Assembly: GCA_002840685.1 (NCBI GenBank)
Contig: PHBU01000020.1
Span: 471 to 64,470, forward strand
Direction: 5' to 3'
Source of the DNA: Chloroflexi bacterium HGW-Chloroflexi-6
GTDB lineage: Bacteria; Chloroflexota; Anaerolineae; Anaerolineales; Villigracilaceae
DNA: 64,000 bases
Positions 52,594 through 63,005 of this stretch are shown here, piece after piece. Positions within the stretch are counted from its first letter, which is position 1; every line of letters begins with the position of its first letter. The notes below the pieces were generated by a model. It ran no database searches, was not told the DNA's origin, and saw nothing but the letters and a program-made list of their open reading frames with translations. The position numbers were made by a program, and so were the translations under genes.

Positions 52594-53694
52594 CTATTTC
52601 AAATAAAGATCGAAGAATGCCAGAATGCGCTGCAGGAACAGTTCCCGGCTTTCGCCAGTGAAGGAGTGGCGCTGGCCGGGGTAACGGAATAGTTCGACCG
52701 GTTTGCCTGCTGCGAGCAGGGCCTCGTATAGTTTGTATGCCCATTCGGGCGGGGTGCTGCCGATGTAATCGCCATCCGCTTCGCCGATGTGGATCTGGAT
52801 GGGTGTCTGGATATGCTCAAGATGGTAAATTGGGGCAATTTCGCGCAGTTGTTGCGGATCATTGGCTGCATCGATATACGCCTGAACCAATTCAGGAGAC
52901 AAATCTAGGGGGAGCATGTCGGCGGAGTTGCAGCGCCCGGGGTTGATATCGCCAAGACAGCCGTAGCCCCAGCGCGCGATCAGATCGGCATCGTCGGCGG
53001 AGTTGGGCGCGTATAAGACCGCCGCCCGGATGCGCGGATCAACCGTCAGGATTTTGGTTGTGATTCCCCCGCCCATGCTGTGCCCCCAGATGCCGATTCG
53101 GTCGGGGTCCGCCTGCGGCACAGAGGGGATGGCATTTAAAAGATGCAAGACATCGATCACCAGCCCGGTATGGAACAGGCTGGGCCCGGCATCCGAAGCG
53201 CCCCAGCCGCGGTAATCGGATGCGATGGTCAGGTAGCCATGCCGGTTGAGCACATCGGCCACGAGCGAGGTGCCATCGCCGGGCAGGTATTCATCGCGAT
53301 TGAAGTAACCGTGATTCATGAGAATGACCGGGAATGGGCCATCCCCGGGCGGAATTTGCATAACACCCGAGATGGTTAATCCATCGCTGTCATAGGTGAT
53401 GGCGTAACGGGTGTAATCGGCGGTGGTTGCGAGTGTTTCCCCGATCAGGATATTTCCGGCGGGATAATTTCTCTCACGCAGCCCGTCAATGCTATAGGGA
53501 TAAAGGATGTCCCGGACCGGGGTTTGACTCGGTTCGGGACTTTTTTGTGTGGCTGACGGTTCGAGCGTGATTGTCCTGACCGCCGGGGGACGGGCCGTAT
53601 CTGTGGGCATCATCTCCTGGGTTGGCTGGCAGGCAACCAGCCATAATCCCAGGGCGGTCAGCAACAGTTTTTTGTACAGGCCAGAGAAACTCAT
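52594..53694 (-). CDS. Secreted alpha/beta hydrolase (prolyl oligopeptidase/dienelactone hydrolase-like)
   Basis: Nucleophile elbow GHSMGG. N-terminal signal/lipoprotein-like sequence (LVAC). Confidence 0.7.
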   Translation of the reverse strand: MSFSGLYKKLLLTALGLWLVACQPTQEMMPTDTARPPAVRTITLEPSATQKSPEPSQTPVRDILYPYSIDGLRERNYPAGNILIGETLATTADYTRYAITYDSDGLTISGVMQIPPGDGPFPVILMNHGYFNRDEYLPGDGTSLVADVLNRHGYLTIASDYRGWGASDAGPSLFHTGLVIDVLHLLNAIPSVPQADPDRIGIWGHSMGGGITTKILTVDPRIRAAVLYAPNSADDADLIARWGYGCLGDINPGRCNSADMLPLDLSPELVQAYIDAANDPQQLREIAPIYHLEHIQTPIQIHIGEADGDYIGSTPPEWAYKLYEALLAAGKPVELFRYPGQRHSFTGESRELFLQRILAFFDLYLK

Positions 53695-54959
53695 TTGGTT
53701 TTCAGGAATGGCTGTGCAAAGCGCTGCTGATAGGCGCCATTTTTCTTGAGCATATCGTCAAAATAGGAGTGGGCGATCGGCAGGCGCAGGAAAACCTGAA
53801 AGACCGGCCCCAAAATGGCCGGGAAACGCTCCGGGTGGGCGATCTTGGCTAAAACTTCAGGGTCGAAGCGGCCTGCGGAGGCCAGGCCCGCTCCCAGGGT
53901 TTGTAAATTCGCGAACAGTTTCTCGTTCATGTTGGGCGGCATGATGCGGACGCCTTCGCCATTGCCCTTGACGATTGTCCCCAGGTACGGGCTTCCGAGC
54001 CGGGCGGCCAGTTTTTCGAGATAGCGTTCGATATAACGCGAGTGCAACCCTTCAGGGAAACCGGATTGGACAACAAAGCCGATCGGCGGATTTTTACCAG
54101 CTGCTGCCAGCGGTTCGAGGGCTTCGATAAAGCGTTTTACGATCCCGGGCATCGAGTCGGTGTAGAGCGGGAAGCCCAGGATGACACATTCGGCATCGGC
54201 GAAAGCCTGGACCATTTTGTCGGTCTCTTGCAGGCGCACAAGGTGATGGGTTTCGCTTGGTCCGCCGAACCCGGCAGCGATTTCGCGCAGGAAGATCGGA
54301 GTATTGCCTTTTCGCCCACGCGGGGAACCGTTGAAGAGAGTCAGCCGCCCGGGCGGGGAAACGGTCCCCCCTTCGGTTGCCAGGAAAGGCTTCGGGAACG
54401 GCAGGCAGGCTGCGGCTTTGTCTGCGATCCGCCGGGCCACATCCGCCGCCGGCGTTTCGGTGGTCAGGGAGAATTGCAGGCGGGTTTTCAAGTTGAGCGC
54501 CGTCCGGCAATGAATGTCGCTGACGATTTGCAGGTCGCGTTCGTCTGTGGTGGCTTCTTTTTCGAGCAGCAGGCCGAGGCGCGGATAGCGGGCGTAGCGT
54601 TTCAGGTGGTGGGCTTCGCCCTGATCGACTACCATGTAAGGGTGGATGAGCGGGATGTGTTTGTCTGTGGCGCGTTTGAGCAGCTCGGACGGAAAGCCCA
54701 TCTTGAGCGGGGCAGCCCACAGCAGAAAATCGGCGTTGATAATGGCGCGATCCATGTCGAGCGAGTCGTCGCGGTTGGAGCATTGGCCGGGGGTTTTGGC
54801 CCAGCAGCCCCAGCAGCCGATGCAGTAGCGCAGGGTCAGGTCGCGCAGGTCGAGCTGGGTGACGCTGTGACCGCCCGCTTCGAGAACCGGGCGCAGTTGG
54901 GCAAGGTAACGATCCAACCCGCCGGGTTGGGGATTGCCGTTCAGGATGGTGATATTCAT
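53691..54959 (-). CDS. Two-domain flavodoxin-like NAD(P)H-dependent FMN reductase
   Basis: Two repeats of the flavodoxin-like fold (NITILNGNP...; LTLFNGSPRGRKGNT...). Confidence 0.6.
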   Translation of the reverse strand: MNITILNGNPQPGGLDRYLAQLRPVLEAGGHSVTQLDLRDLTLRYCIGCWGCWAKTPGQCSNRDDSLDMDRAIINADFLLWAAPLKMGFPSELLKRATDKHIPLIHPYMVVDQGEAHHLKRYARYPRLGLLLEKEATTDERDLQIVSDIHCRTALNLKTRLQFSLTTETPAADVARRIADKAAACLPFPKPFLATEGGTVSPPGRLTLFNGSPRGRKGNTPIFLREIAAGFGGPSETHHLVRLQETDKMVQAFADAECVILGFPLYTDSMPGIVKRFIEALEPLAAAGKNPPIGFVVQSGFPEGLHSRYIERYLEKLAARLGSPYLGTIVKGNGEGVRIMPPNMNEKLFANLQTLGAGLASAGRFDPEVLAKIAHPERFPAILGPVFQVFLRLPIAHSYFDDMLKKNGAYQQRFAQPFLKTK

Positions 54960-54962
54960 GAT

Positions 54963-55559
54963 TTACTCCTTGAAAAGGCCAGAGGCCCAGGTTTTGATGG
55001 CATTCCAGTTGCGTTTGTCGCCGGGCTGGGCCTGGATGATGAGCAGGGCAAACAGGGCCGCCCACCATTGCAGGTTGAAATATTGCAAGCTGCCGCCGAA
55101 TACGCCGATCGAAACCGGCTTGACGGCCGGGGCGGCTTTAAGAATCGGTTGTAAATAGTTGCCGAGGGTGGCGTAGCGTTCTTTCAGGCTCAACCGCCCG
55201 GGCTTTTTCGGCGCGCGCGGAAGTTTTTCATCGACAAAAAGCGGCACGCCCTCGAGGCTGGCTTGGTCCGTTCGCGTGCCCGTCAGGGTATTGGTCAGGC
55301 TGATGCAGGTCACGAAAATTGCCAATGGCACTCGGCTGAGGGGATCCTGATTGCGTTTGAGAAACGCCAGCGCCCCGCGATGCCAGCCCAGGATCATGGG
55401 CGCGCCCAGCACGACGGCGGAGTATTCATCCAGCACGGTTACTTTTTCGAGCGGCAGAATGTCCACTTCGGCGCTTTTGGCCAGTTCGGCGGCCACCGCC
55501 TCGGCAATTTTGGCGGTCGAACCGGCGTTGGTGGCATAGGCTACGAGAATTTTGTTCAT
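54963..55559 (-). CDS. Flavodoxin-family protein
   Basis: MNKILVAYATNAGSTAKIAE is a flavodoxin FMN-binding N-terminus. Confidence 0.65.
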   Translation of the reverse strand: MNKILVAYATNAGSTAKIAEAVAAELAKSAEVDILPLEKVTVLDEYSAVVLGAPMILGWHRGALAFLKRNQDPLSRVPLAIFVTCISLTNTLTGTRTDQASLEGVPLFVDEKLPRAPKKPGRLSLKERYATLGNYLQPILKAAPAVKPVSIGVFGGSLQYFNLQWWAALFALLIIQAQPGDKRNWNAIKTWASGLFKE

Positions 55560-55565
55560 TGGGAC

Positions 55566-56435
55566 TCACTTTCCAGCGCTGAACGAGTATCGAATGACGT
55601 TTTTGGAGCAGTTATCGACGCAGGTGCCGCACAGGATGCATTCGGGATGTTCCATCTTTTCAAGCTGTACCATTCCATTTACGTCGAGACTCATCGGGCA
55701 GTTGTAGGTGCATTTTTTGCAATCCGAACAGGCGGATACGTCCGCTGTCAGCCGCAGGGAGGGCCAGGTGAAGCGGTTGCGCAGCCAGCGCCCAATCATC
55801 ATGAAAGGCGCCATCCAGCAGATGCTGTGACAGCCTGCGCGCCGGCCAACCAGCATTGCCAGGCCCAGAAACAGGGCGATGACAGCGTAATAGATGATGT
55901 ACGCGATGAAAATGGGTCGGTCGGCGGAACCGGCCACGGAAATTCCGTTCTGGGTGTGCATCAGCAAATCGAGGCTGTGATAGCCGCCCGCGCTGATCAC
56001 CAGCCAGACGATCAGCGAAACCCAGGGAATCCAAACCAGCCATTTGATCCAGTCGATTTTCTTGCCGTTGACTGCTTGATTGTTGACCGGCTCGACGATC
56101 TCCTGCATCCCGCCTGCCGGGCAAACCCATCCGCACCAGGCGCGGCCGAGGAAGAGCGATGCGATCAACATCAGCCCGAACATGACCAGGCTGCCGTTGA
56201 CAATGCCTTGCGCAGAAGCATCGACGATGACGTAGGGTGAAAAGAAATTCATCGTCAGCGGAAAAGTGAGAAAAGCGAGAATGATCAGCGCTTTGCGAAG
56301 GCGCTGGCGTGCGGGGAGTTGTTTGAGCATGAGAAATCTTTCTAAATCAAGTCCTGAGCGAAGGGCCGTAGTCGAAGGACGGTTTTCAGTAGTAGGTCGA
56401 GCGGGACGCCGGGTCTCGATACGCCGCTGGGGCAC
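55566..56435 (-). CDS. Membrane-bound 4Fe-4S ferredoxin-type protein (NapH/MauN-like)
   Basis: Several TM segments plus CSDCKKCTYNCP and CILCGTCVDNC clusters. Confidence 0.65.
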   Translation of the reverse strand: MPQRRIETRRPARPTTENRPSTTALRSGLDLERFLMLKQLPARQRLRKALIILAFLTFPLTMNFFSPYVIVDASAQGIVNGSLVMFGLMLIASLFLGRAWCGWVCPAGGMQEIVEPVNNQAVNGKKIDWIKWLVWIPWVSLIVWLVISAGGYHSLDLLMHTQNGISVAGSADRPIFIAYIIYYAVIALFLGLAMLVGRRAGCHSICWMAPFMMIGRWLRNRFTWPSLRLTADVSACSDCKKCTYNCPMSLDVNGMVQLEKMEHPECILCGTCVDNCSKNVIRYSFSAGK

Positions 56436-56452
56436 CTACTTGACCCTCGTTG

Positions 56453-57025
56453 CTATTCCTGTGGAACCTGCCCGCTCTTAATCCGCTCGATGACGCTTTC
56501 GGCCCAGGCCAGGTTGGCGCGCATATTGCTGATGCCGTTTTCGAGAGTCAGCAGCCAGAAAAAATGCTCGCGTGGCGAGGGGATTTCCTGCTGGTAGGGC
56601 CCGATCTGGATGCCAACCTGGTCGTACTGGCTCAAAATAGCGCGCATGATGGCTGCATAGCCCTCGAATTTGACCAGTATTTCAGCGTCTGATAACTGGC
56701 CGCTGAAAAATACCTGGATCAGCGGTGCACTGCGCGGCTCTCCCATCGGCGGCGGCCCGGACAGCCATTCGCGTAAGGTGGCGCGCCCGGCCTGGGTGAT
56801 GTGATAGACCTTGCGATCGGGGCGGTCGTCCTGTGGAACCTTCTCCATCTCTGCAAAACCCTGCTCGGTCAGCTTGGTGAGCGTGCGGTAAATCTGGCTC
56901 TGGTCGGCCGGCCAGAAGTGACGGATGGATGTGTCGAAAATCTTCTTCAGGTCGTAGCCTGTGTATGGGTGGTAATTAAGAAAACCGAGGATGGCATAAT
57001 CAAGAGACATAGATGCTTTCTCCAA
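56453..57025 (-). CDS. PadR-family transcriptional regulator
   Basis: LDYAILGFLNYHPYTGYDLKKIF...QIYRTLTKL is a typical PadR winged helix. Confidence 0.75.
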   Translation of the reverse strand: MEKASMSLDYAILGFLNYHPYTGYDLKKIFDTSIRHFWPADQSQIYRTLTKLTEQGFAEMEKVPQDDRPDRKVYHITQAGRATLREWLSGPPPMGEPRSAPLIQVFFSGQLSDAEILVKFEGYAAIMRAILSQYDQVGIQIGPYQQEIPSPREHFFWLLTLENGISNMRANLAWAESVIERIKSGQVPQE

Positions 57026-57175
57026 TATAGGATATATCCTATATATATTTTACGCCTTGTTTTCGATTTCCGCAAGGCTTGCAGCTCCCCCAACGAAAAG
57101 GTGATTGTCATAATTTTATGATTGGTCATAATAAATATATGTGCATTGTGAATTGCGTAGGGATGAGGTGTCACG

Positions 57176-58537
57176 ATGAAAAAAAACCTTTTCTGGATTT
57201 TTGTGGTTTTGTTCTTTGCCAGCCTGGCCTGCAGCTTGGGTCAGACTCCCGTGGAGCAGACTGCTCCCAGCCTGCCCCCGGTTTCTCCAACAGATGATAT
57301 TTTTCCTGCCACATCTGTTGCGCTGCCGCCGCCCGCGGACCCCGGGGCTGTCATTCAACCTGACGATCTCATTTATCTGGGCGCCTTCCGCCTGCCGGGT
57401 GAGTCAGGCAACTCGAGCTGGGATTACAGCGGGCGCGGCCTGACCTATTATCCAAACGGTGACCCGAACGGTGGGGAAGATGGATTCCCCGGCTCGTTGT
57501 TTGGGGTTGGCCACGATCAGCAGCAGTTCGTCTCGGAGATCAGCATTCCGGTCCCGGTCATCTCCCAAAACATGCAGGAACTTAACAGCGCTGAGACCCT
57601 CCAGCCTTTTGCGGATATTACTGGCGGGATGTTTGGCGAAACGGAAATTCCGCGGCTGGGGCTGCAATATTTACCTGATCCGGAAAATCCATCGGGTGGT
57701 AGGCTGTATTTTGTACATGGGCAGCACTTTCAGGATTTTGAACCATCCCATGGATCGAGTGGGCTTGACCTGGGTAACCCGCAGCCTGCCGGCCCGTGGA
57801 TCTTTGACGGTTACACCAACTACGTTACCAGCGATTATGTTTTTGAAATTCCTGAGAATTGGGCGGCAGCCATCCCCGGTGTGCCGCGCCTGGCAACAGG
57901 ACGATTCCGTGAAGGGGTCTGGGGTGGGCGCGGGCCAACGCTTTTTGCTTATAATCCATCCCCCGATGGCAATGGCTTGCAGGCTATTACCCCGCTTTTG
58001 TTGTATGGGACTCAGCAGCCTGGCCTGACCGATATTGTCAGCGATGAGAACACCCAGATGGCCGGGTATCTCGAAGATGACAGCTGGTGGGGTGGCGCAT
58101 GGTTGACTAGGGGTGAAAACTCGGCGGTGATTTTTGTGGGCACGAAAGCGCTTGGAAGATCCTGGTATGGGTTTGCAAACGGGGTTATCTGGGAATATGA
58201 TTGCGCCGAGAAGAATCCGCCGACCTGCCCTGAAGTTCCCGAATGGCCGTATGAAAACCGGGGTTACTGGGCAGAGGATTACCAACCGCAGATCATTTTT
58301 TTCAACCCGGCAGAATTAACCTCAGTTGCCAATGGCCAAATGGAAACCTGGCTGCCTCAACCTTATGCCAGTCTTGATCTTTCGGCGACTTTTTTCAACC
58401 CGGAAATTAATTTGGCGGATTATAAAACCGACCTGGCCGGAGCGGTAGCTTATGATCGTGAGCGCGGCCTGCTCTACATTATCGAGCGCCTGGCCGATGA
58501 ATATAAATCGGTCATCCATGTCTGGCGTATCCGTTGA
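57176..58537 (+). CDS. Secreted protein/lipoprotein of unknown function
   Basis: Signal peptide with LACS. No recognised catalytic motifs. Confidence 0.55.
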   Translation: MKKNLFWIFVVLFFASLACSLGQTPVEQTAPSLPPVSPTDDIFPATSVALPPPADPGAVIQPDDLIYLGAFRLPGESGNSSWDYSGRGLTYYPNGDPNGGEDGFPGSLFGVGHDQQQFVSEISIPVPVISQNMQELNSAETLQPFADITGGMFGETEIPRLGLQYLPDPENPSGGRLYFVHGQHFQDFEPSHGSSGLDLGNPQPAGPWIFDGYTNYVTSDYVFEIPENWAAAIPGVPRLATGRFREGVWGGRGPTLFAYNPSPDGNGLQAITPLLLYGTQQPGLTDIVSDENTQMAGYLEDDSWWGGAWLTRGENSAVIFVGTKALGRSWYGFANGVIWEYDCAEKNPPTCPEVPEWPYENRGYWAEDYQPQIIFFNPAELTSVANGQMETWLPQPYASLDLSATFFNPEINLADYKTDLAGAVAYDRERGLLYIIERLADEYKSVIHVWRIR

Positions 58538-58540
58538 TTT

Positions 58541-59704
58541 TTAGCGCTTCGGGCCTTTGCCGACCACCCTTTTGCCGTATTTATCTTGCAACTCATCGAG
58601 CACGGATTGCAATTTGCGTTGTTTTTCGTTGTTCTGCCCCCACAACTCCATCTGGTGGATGGGTTCGCCAAGGCCGCTGACGCCTACTCCGATCAGTCGC
58701 ACGGATTGTTCGCTATGGCGCACCTGACGCAGGAGAGTCAGCGCGGTTTCGTAAATATCCGCGGCCTGGTCGGTGGGCGTGGGCAGGGTCATCTGGCGCG
58801 TCAGGGTGCTGAAGTCGGGCCAGCGTATCTTTAATTTGACGGTTTTCCCGGCCAAATGTTCATGGCGCAGGCTGTGGGCCACCTCGGCGGACATGCTTTT
58901 TAAGGTGGCTTCAAGGGTTTTATCATCACGCACATCGCGCGAAAAAGTGATTTCCTGGCTGATGGATTTGGTTTCACGCTCGGTAACCACCCGTCGCTCG
59001 TCGATGCCGCGGGCGTGCCTGGACAGGTCGCGGCCCGGCTGCCCGAAGCGGGCGATCAGTTCCCTTTCGGGATATTGGGCGATATCGCCGATGGTGTGGA
59101 CTCCCAGGCTGTCGAGGCGGGCTTCGGTTTTGGGCCCGACTCCCCACAGCATGGAGGTCGGCAGCGGAGCCAGGAATTCGGCTTCGTGCCCGGCTTCGAC
59201 AACGGTCAGCGCCTGCGGGTAGCCCGCTCCGCGCGCCGCTTTTTTGCCGGTTTCAGTGGCGATTTTGGCGACCAGCTTGTTTGACGCGACCCCGACCGAG
59301 CAGGGCAGGCGCAAGTCATCCCAAATGGTTTGTTGTAACTGCCGGGCGATCTTTTCTGCCGGTTCATGGAGGTCGCTGATGTCGACAAAGGCCTCGTCGA
59401 TCGAGATTTGCTCGACGAGTGGCGAGATGTCGTGCAGGCGTTCCATAACCTGTTTGGATTTTTCCCCGTATTTGCCGTGGCTGTGTGAGACGATGACCAG
59501 GTCCGGGCAGAGCCGCAGGGCCTGGCTCATCGGCATGGCGGAATGCACCCCCAGGGCGCGGGCGGCGTAAGAGCAGGAGGCCACCACACCGCGTTCTTCA
59601 GGCCGGCCCCAAACGGCGAAGGGCTTGCCGCTCAGGGATGGGTTGTCAAGTTCTTCGACGGCGCAGAAGAAGGCGTCCAGGTCGAGGTGCAGGATGGTGC
59701 GCAT
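58541..59704 (-). CDS. dinB: DNA polymerase IV (Y-family)
   Basis: ILHLDLDAFFCAVEE, SIDEAFVD and the overall Y-family architecture. Confidence 0.85.
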   Translation of the reverse strand: MRTILHLDLDAFFCAVEELDNPSLSGKPFAVWGRPEERGVVASCSYAARALGVHSAMPMSQALRLCPDLVIVSHSHGKYGEKSKQVMERLHDISPLVEQISIDEAFVDISDLHEPAEKIARQLQQTIWDDLRLPCSVGVASNKLVAKIATETGKKAARGAGYPQALTVVEAGHEAEFLAPLPTSMLWGVGPKTEARLDSLGVHTIGDIAQYPERELIARFGQPGRDLSRHARGIDERRVVTERETKSISQEITFSRDVRDDKTLEATLKSMSAEVAHSLRHEHLAGKTVKLKIRWPDFSTLTRQMTLPTPTDQAADIYETALTLLRQVRHSEQSVRLIGVGVSGLGEPIHQMELWGQNNEKQRKLQSVLDELQDKYGKRVVGKGPKR

Positions 59705-59729
59705 GGGGATATTGTATCCCGGTTTTGAG

Positions 59730-60206
59730 TTACCCCTTTAACGCCCGCCATTCAGGGATCTCGAAGGCGGCTGTCTCAACCAGGAAGGCGCTCTGGTCGG
59801 GTTGCAAGGTATAGTATTCGCTGTTTTCTCGGGCAGTGTCGCGGTTTTCAACCAGCAAAATTGTCGCATCACGGCTGAGAACAGCCGAGTGCCAGGCCCC
59901 GCGCTTGACGTTGTACAAGACCCCGTTTTGCATCACGTGCGGGAGAATTTCTTCCACGGTCGCATCGCCCTTACCCATGAAAAGCACGGCCTGCCCCTGG
60001 AGCAGGATAAAAACCTCATCGGTCTCGTTGTGGCGTTCAAAGTAAGAGATCTTGTCTGGCTGAAGCTCATCGAGGTAGCGCAAGACAGCCACACGCCAGC
60101 AGTTGAAATCGATGAGCGGTTTGTAGCCCTCACCCAGGTATTCGTGCATTTCAAGTAAATTTTCGTTCATAAGTCCGTTTCCTGTATCAATAATTGAGTT
60201 TGTCAT
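59730..60206 (-). CDS. Cupin-fold protein
   Basis: HNETDEVFILLQGQAVLF...GAWHSAV is a cupin motif pattern. Confidence 0.5.
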   Translation of the reverse strand: MTNSIIDTGNGLMNENLLEMHEYLGEGYKPLIDFNCWRVAVLRYLDELQPDKISYFERHNETDEVFILLQGQAVLFMGKGDATVEEILPHVMQNGVLYNVKRGAWHSAVLSRDATILLVENRDTARENSEYYTLQPDQSAFLVETAAFEIPEWRALKG

Positions 60207-60253
60207 TTCGAACCGCGAAGCGGTGAGAAATCTTTGCGCATGTAGAAGATTTC

Positions 60254-62983
60254 TCAGTCGCCGCTGGGCGGCTCCTTCGAAATGACAAGCGCCACAATTT
60301 CGACCTGCTCCGGCAGAGATTCGAGCGCCAGGCGCTTGATCTTGACACCCTGCGGAGCGCTTTCGGCGGTGAAGGGTTGGCCATTGACCGAGACCGCCCC
60401 GATTTTGTACTGCCCGTAGCTCAACTTTTGCGGGTTTTTGTAGGTTACTCGCAGGTTCTTGCCCGCGAACAGGGTCAGGACGGTTGCCTGTCCATCCACG
60501 TCAAATTGGCTGTTGAGCAGTTTGGGCGCGAGCAGCAGATCGCCCAGGTCGCCGCGCACCCCGTAGACTTCGGTCAGCATCGTCAGCAGGTACCAACTGG
60601 CAGAGCCGGTCAGGTAGGGGTACATGCCGCGCCCGCGCGGGTTGAAATACTCGGGAATGCCGGGGTACATGCGGCTGGCGGCGAAATCCTGGCTTTGGGC
60701 GTAAATCCCCTCGAGCACGCGCCAGCCGGCTTCAACCAACCCGCGCTGGTAGAGGGCGTTGGCATACATGACCGCCATGTGGCTGAACATCGCGCCGTTT
60801 TCCTTGTGGCCGTAGGCAAAGCCAAAGGCCCGGCCCAGGTTCAAGCGCAGTTCGCCGAAATCGGTATTCAGCCGGTAGCCGCGCAGGGACGGGTCATACA
60901 GGTGTCGGTCTGCCGCGGCAGAGATTTTCCGGGCCTGCTCGTCGCTGGCAATCCCGCACATCAGCGTGAAAACCTGCCCGGTCAGGGTCATGCGCGCCCC
61001 GGAAGCTGTAATCTGATCGACCGGTTGACCGTCATCGTCATAATAGCCGTTGAACCAGCCCTGGCCTTCCCCGGCCTCGATCCATTCCTGTTTGCGGATG
61101 TGGGCCGAGAGCCAATCCGCTTTTTGGCGCAGGTTGGCGGCCAGTTCGGCCAGTGGCAGGCGGGTTTTGATTCCTGAAACGGTATGGCGCACCTGTCCAA
61201 AATACTCCTGCAGGCGCTGGCGCTTGTTCTCGATCGAGTCAAAATCAACCGCCTCGAGCAGGGTCGAGAGCTCGGCCGCCAGTTCGACATCGGCGGAGCC
61301 CGTCCCGGCCAGGGCCAGACACAGATCCGCCAGTGTATTCAGGTTGCCAGCGTACAGGGCGCTGAACGCCACGCTCTCGCCACGCGTGCGGGCCATATCC
61401 AGGCCGTCGTTCCAGTCTGCGCCTTCGAGCAAAATAGTGTTGTGTTCGCCAACGTTGTAAAACGCCGTCAGGTGCTGGATCAGCAAATGTTCGAGCAGCG
61501 AGCCGCGATACGGGCGGCCATCCGCCGCACACAGCAGCGTGCCCTGCTCAGGCGACCAATCGGCATCGGTTTGTTTGCAGCGGTGGCTCATGTGATCTTT
61601 GAAATAAGCCTGTTCGCGCAAAAGAAAGCCCAGGTCACCGGTCTGATCGATGTACAGGCGGGTGGTCAAGAGCGGCCAGGCGCCGTGATCCATCCAGACG
61701 CGCGGAATTCCGTTGCGGTCGGCGCGGAATTCTCCCGGCTGCGAACCGATAATGGTGGCGTTCGAACCGTCGGCGCGCACGCCGCCAAAGTAGCCCAGCA
61801 GCATTTCACTGACATCGCCGCGTTCCATCATCAGCAGGGCCAGCACATCCTGCCACAGGTCGCGCCAGCCGCGCCCGCCGCGTCCGTAATCATGATAGGG
61901 CAAAAAGGAGTTGCCCATCATGCGGCGCAGGGTTGGTTGGAGCGTCACCCACTTCAGCCAGCCGTCCAGGCGCGTGTCGCCGGTCTCAAAGGCCAGCGTC
62001 GCAACTTTGGACTGCCAGAAGGCCTGTGTCTCGGCCTGGGCGCGCGCAAAACCATCCGCCGAGCCGTAGCGCTCGAGCAGGGCTGCGGGGCTTTCTTCGC
62101 CTTGTAAGATGCCAAGCAGGAGGATGTAGGATCTTTCTTCACCAGGGGCCAGTTCGACATCTGCAAAGCGGATGCCGCCCAGGGCCTCGTAGCCGTCGAC
62201 CGTGCTCCCCGCAGCCTGGGTCGCCGTCAAACCGGCAGCGACTGCCTCGGGCCAGTCGAGCGAGCCGCCCTCGCCGATGAAATCTTCGATCACCGGGAAA
62301 AAGCCGACAGGGGCTTTTCCCGCCTCGTCCACACCCAGCACGGCATAAGCGAGCTTGTTGACGGTGTGTCCGCGCTCATCGAAAGAAAGCGTCGGGCGGA
62401 CGATGACTCCGTTTGGGGTGCAGGTTGTGCGCTGCAAGAGCGAAGTGACGTGGCGATGGTCACGCAGATTGTCTGCCGAGCGGCCGTAGATCGGGATGGC
62501 CGCGGTCGGGGTCAGGTTCAGCGCAGCAGCGCCGGTGTTTTTCAGGGTGATCCGCATCAGTTCGACCTGGTCTTGCGTGGCCGGGACAAAACTGGTTATG
62601 TCAGCCTGCAAGCCGCTTTCGGGGTCCACGCGCCGGACAGTCTGCCAGAGCAAACCGGCAGTCAGGCTGACGACATCTTTATCGGCGGTCAGGCGGCGGG
62701 AGGTTTGTTCCGCACTGTTGCCGGTTGCAGACCAGAGCCGGTTCCCATTAATCCGCAGCCAAAAATTGCGCGCCGAGCGGGTATTATGCAGGTCTTCAAC
62801 AGAAACCGGCTGAAGCAGGTAACTGTTCTGGCCGGTTTTGGCGTCGCCGTGGGAGGTCGGGGTGATGGAAGACATCATCCCGGCCTCGTTGAGCAACAGG
62901 AAGTAAAGATAATTGCTGTTTTCGGGGTCGGAAAGCCGAAACGTGCCGTTTTGGTCGATAAATTGCCAGCCGGATGTGCTCAT
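60254..62983 (-). CDS. GH94-like glycoside phosphorylase (cellobiose/chitobiose phosphorylase superfamily)
   Basis: 909 aa. EGADWNDGLD resembles the catalytic DWND region of GH94 enzymes. Family assignment is tentative. Confidence 0.5.
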   Translation of the reverse strand: MSTSGWQFIDQNGTFRLSDPENSNYLYFLLLNEAGMMSSITPTSHGDAKTGQNSYLLQPVSVEDLHNTRSARNFWLRINGNRLWSATGNSAEQTSRRLTADKDVVSLTAGLLWQTVRRVDPESGLQADITSFVPATQDQVELMRITLKNTGAAALNLTPTAAIPIYGRSADNLRDHRHVTSLLQRTTCTPNGVIVRPTLSFDERGHTVNKLAYAVLGVDEAGKAPVGFFPVIEDFIGEGGSLDWPEAVAAGLTATQAAGSTVDGYEALGGIRFADVELAPGEERSYILLLGILQGEESPAALLERYGSADGFARAQAETQAFWQSKVATLAFETGDTRLDGWLKWVTLQPTLRRMMGNSFLPYHDYGRGGRGWRDLWQDVLALLMMERGDVSEMLLGYFGGVRADGSNATIIGSQPGEFRADRNGIPRVWMDHGAWPLLTTRLYIDQTGDLGFLLREQAYFKDHMSHRCKQTDADWSPEQGTLLCAADGRPYRGSLLEHLLIQHLTAFYNVGEHNTILLEGADWNDGLDMARTRGESVAFSALYAGNLNTLADLCLALAGTGSADVELAAELSTLLEAVDFDSIENKRQRLQEYFGQVRHTVSGIKTRLPLAELAANLRQKADWLSAHIRKQEWIEAGEGQGWFNGYYDDDGQPVDQITASGARMTLTGQVFTLMCGIASDEQARKISAAADRHLYDPSLRGYRLNTDFGELRLNLGRAFGFAYGHKENGAMFSHMAVMYANALYQRGLVEAGWRVLEGIYAQSQDFAASRMYPGIPEYFNPRGRGMYPYLTGSASWYLLTMLTEVYGVRGDLGDLLLAPKLLNSQFDVDGQATVLTLFAGKNLRVTYKNPQKLSYGQYKIGAVSVNGQPFTAESAPQGVKIKRLALESLPEQVEIVALVISKEPPSGD

Positions 62984-63005
62984 AAGTTCTCTCTAATTAA
63001 TTTAA

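Noticed and set aside
54042-56240. Long plus-strand ORFs (54042-55154, 55263-56240) and the minus-strand ORF 54094-55068 in another frame.
   Set aside because: They are antisense or alternate-frame shadows of the flavodoxin / FMN-reductase / 4Fe-4S genes in GC-rich DNA. The real genes carry recognisable cofactor motifs. The shadows are Arg/Gly/Ala/Pro-rich and have no motifs.
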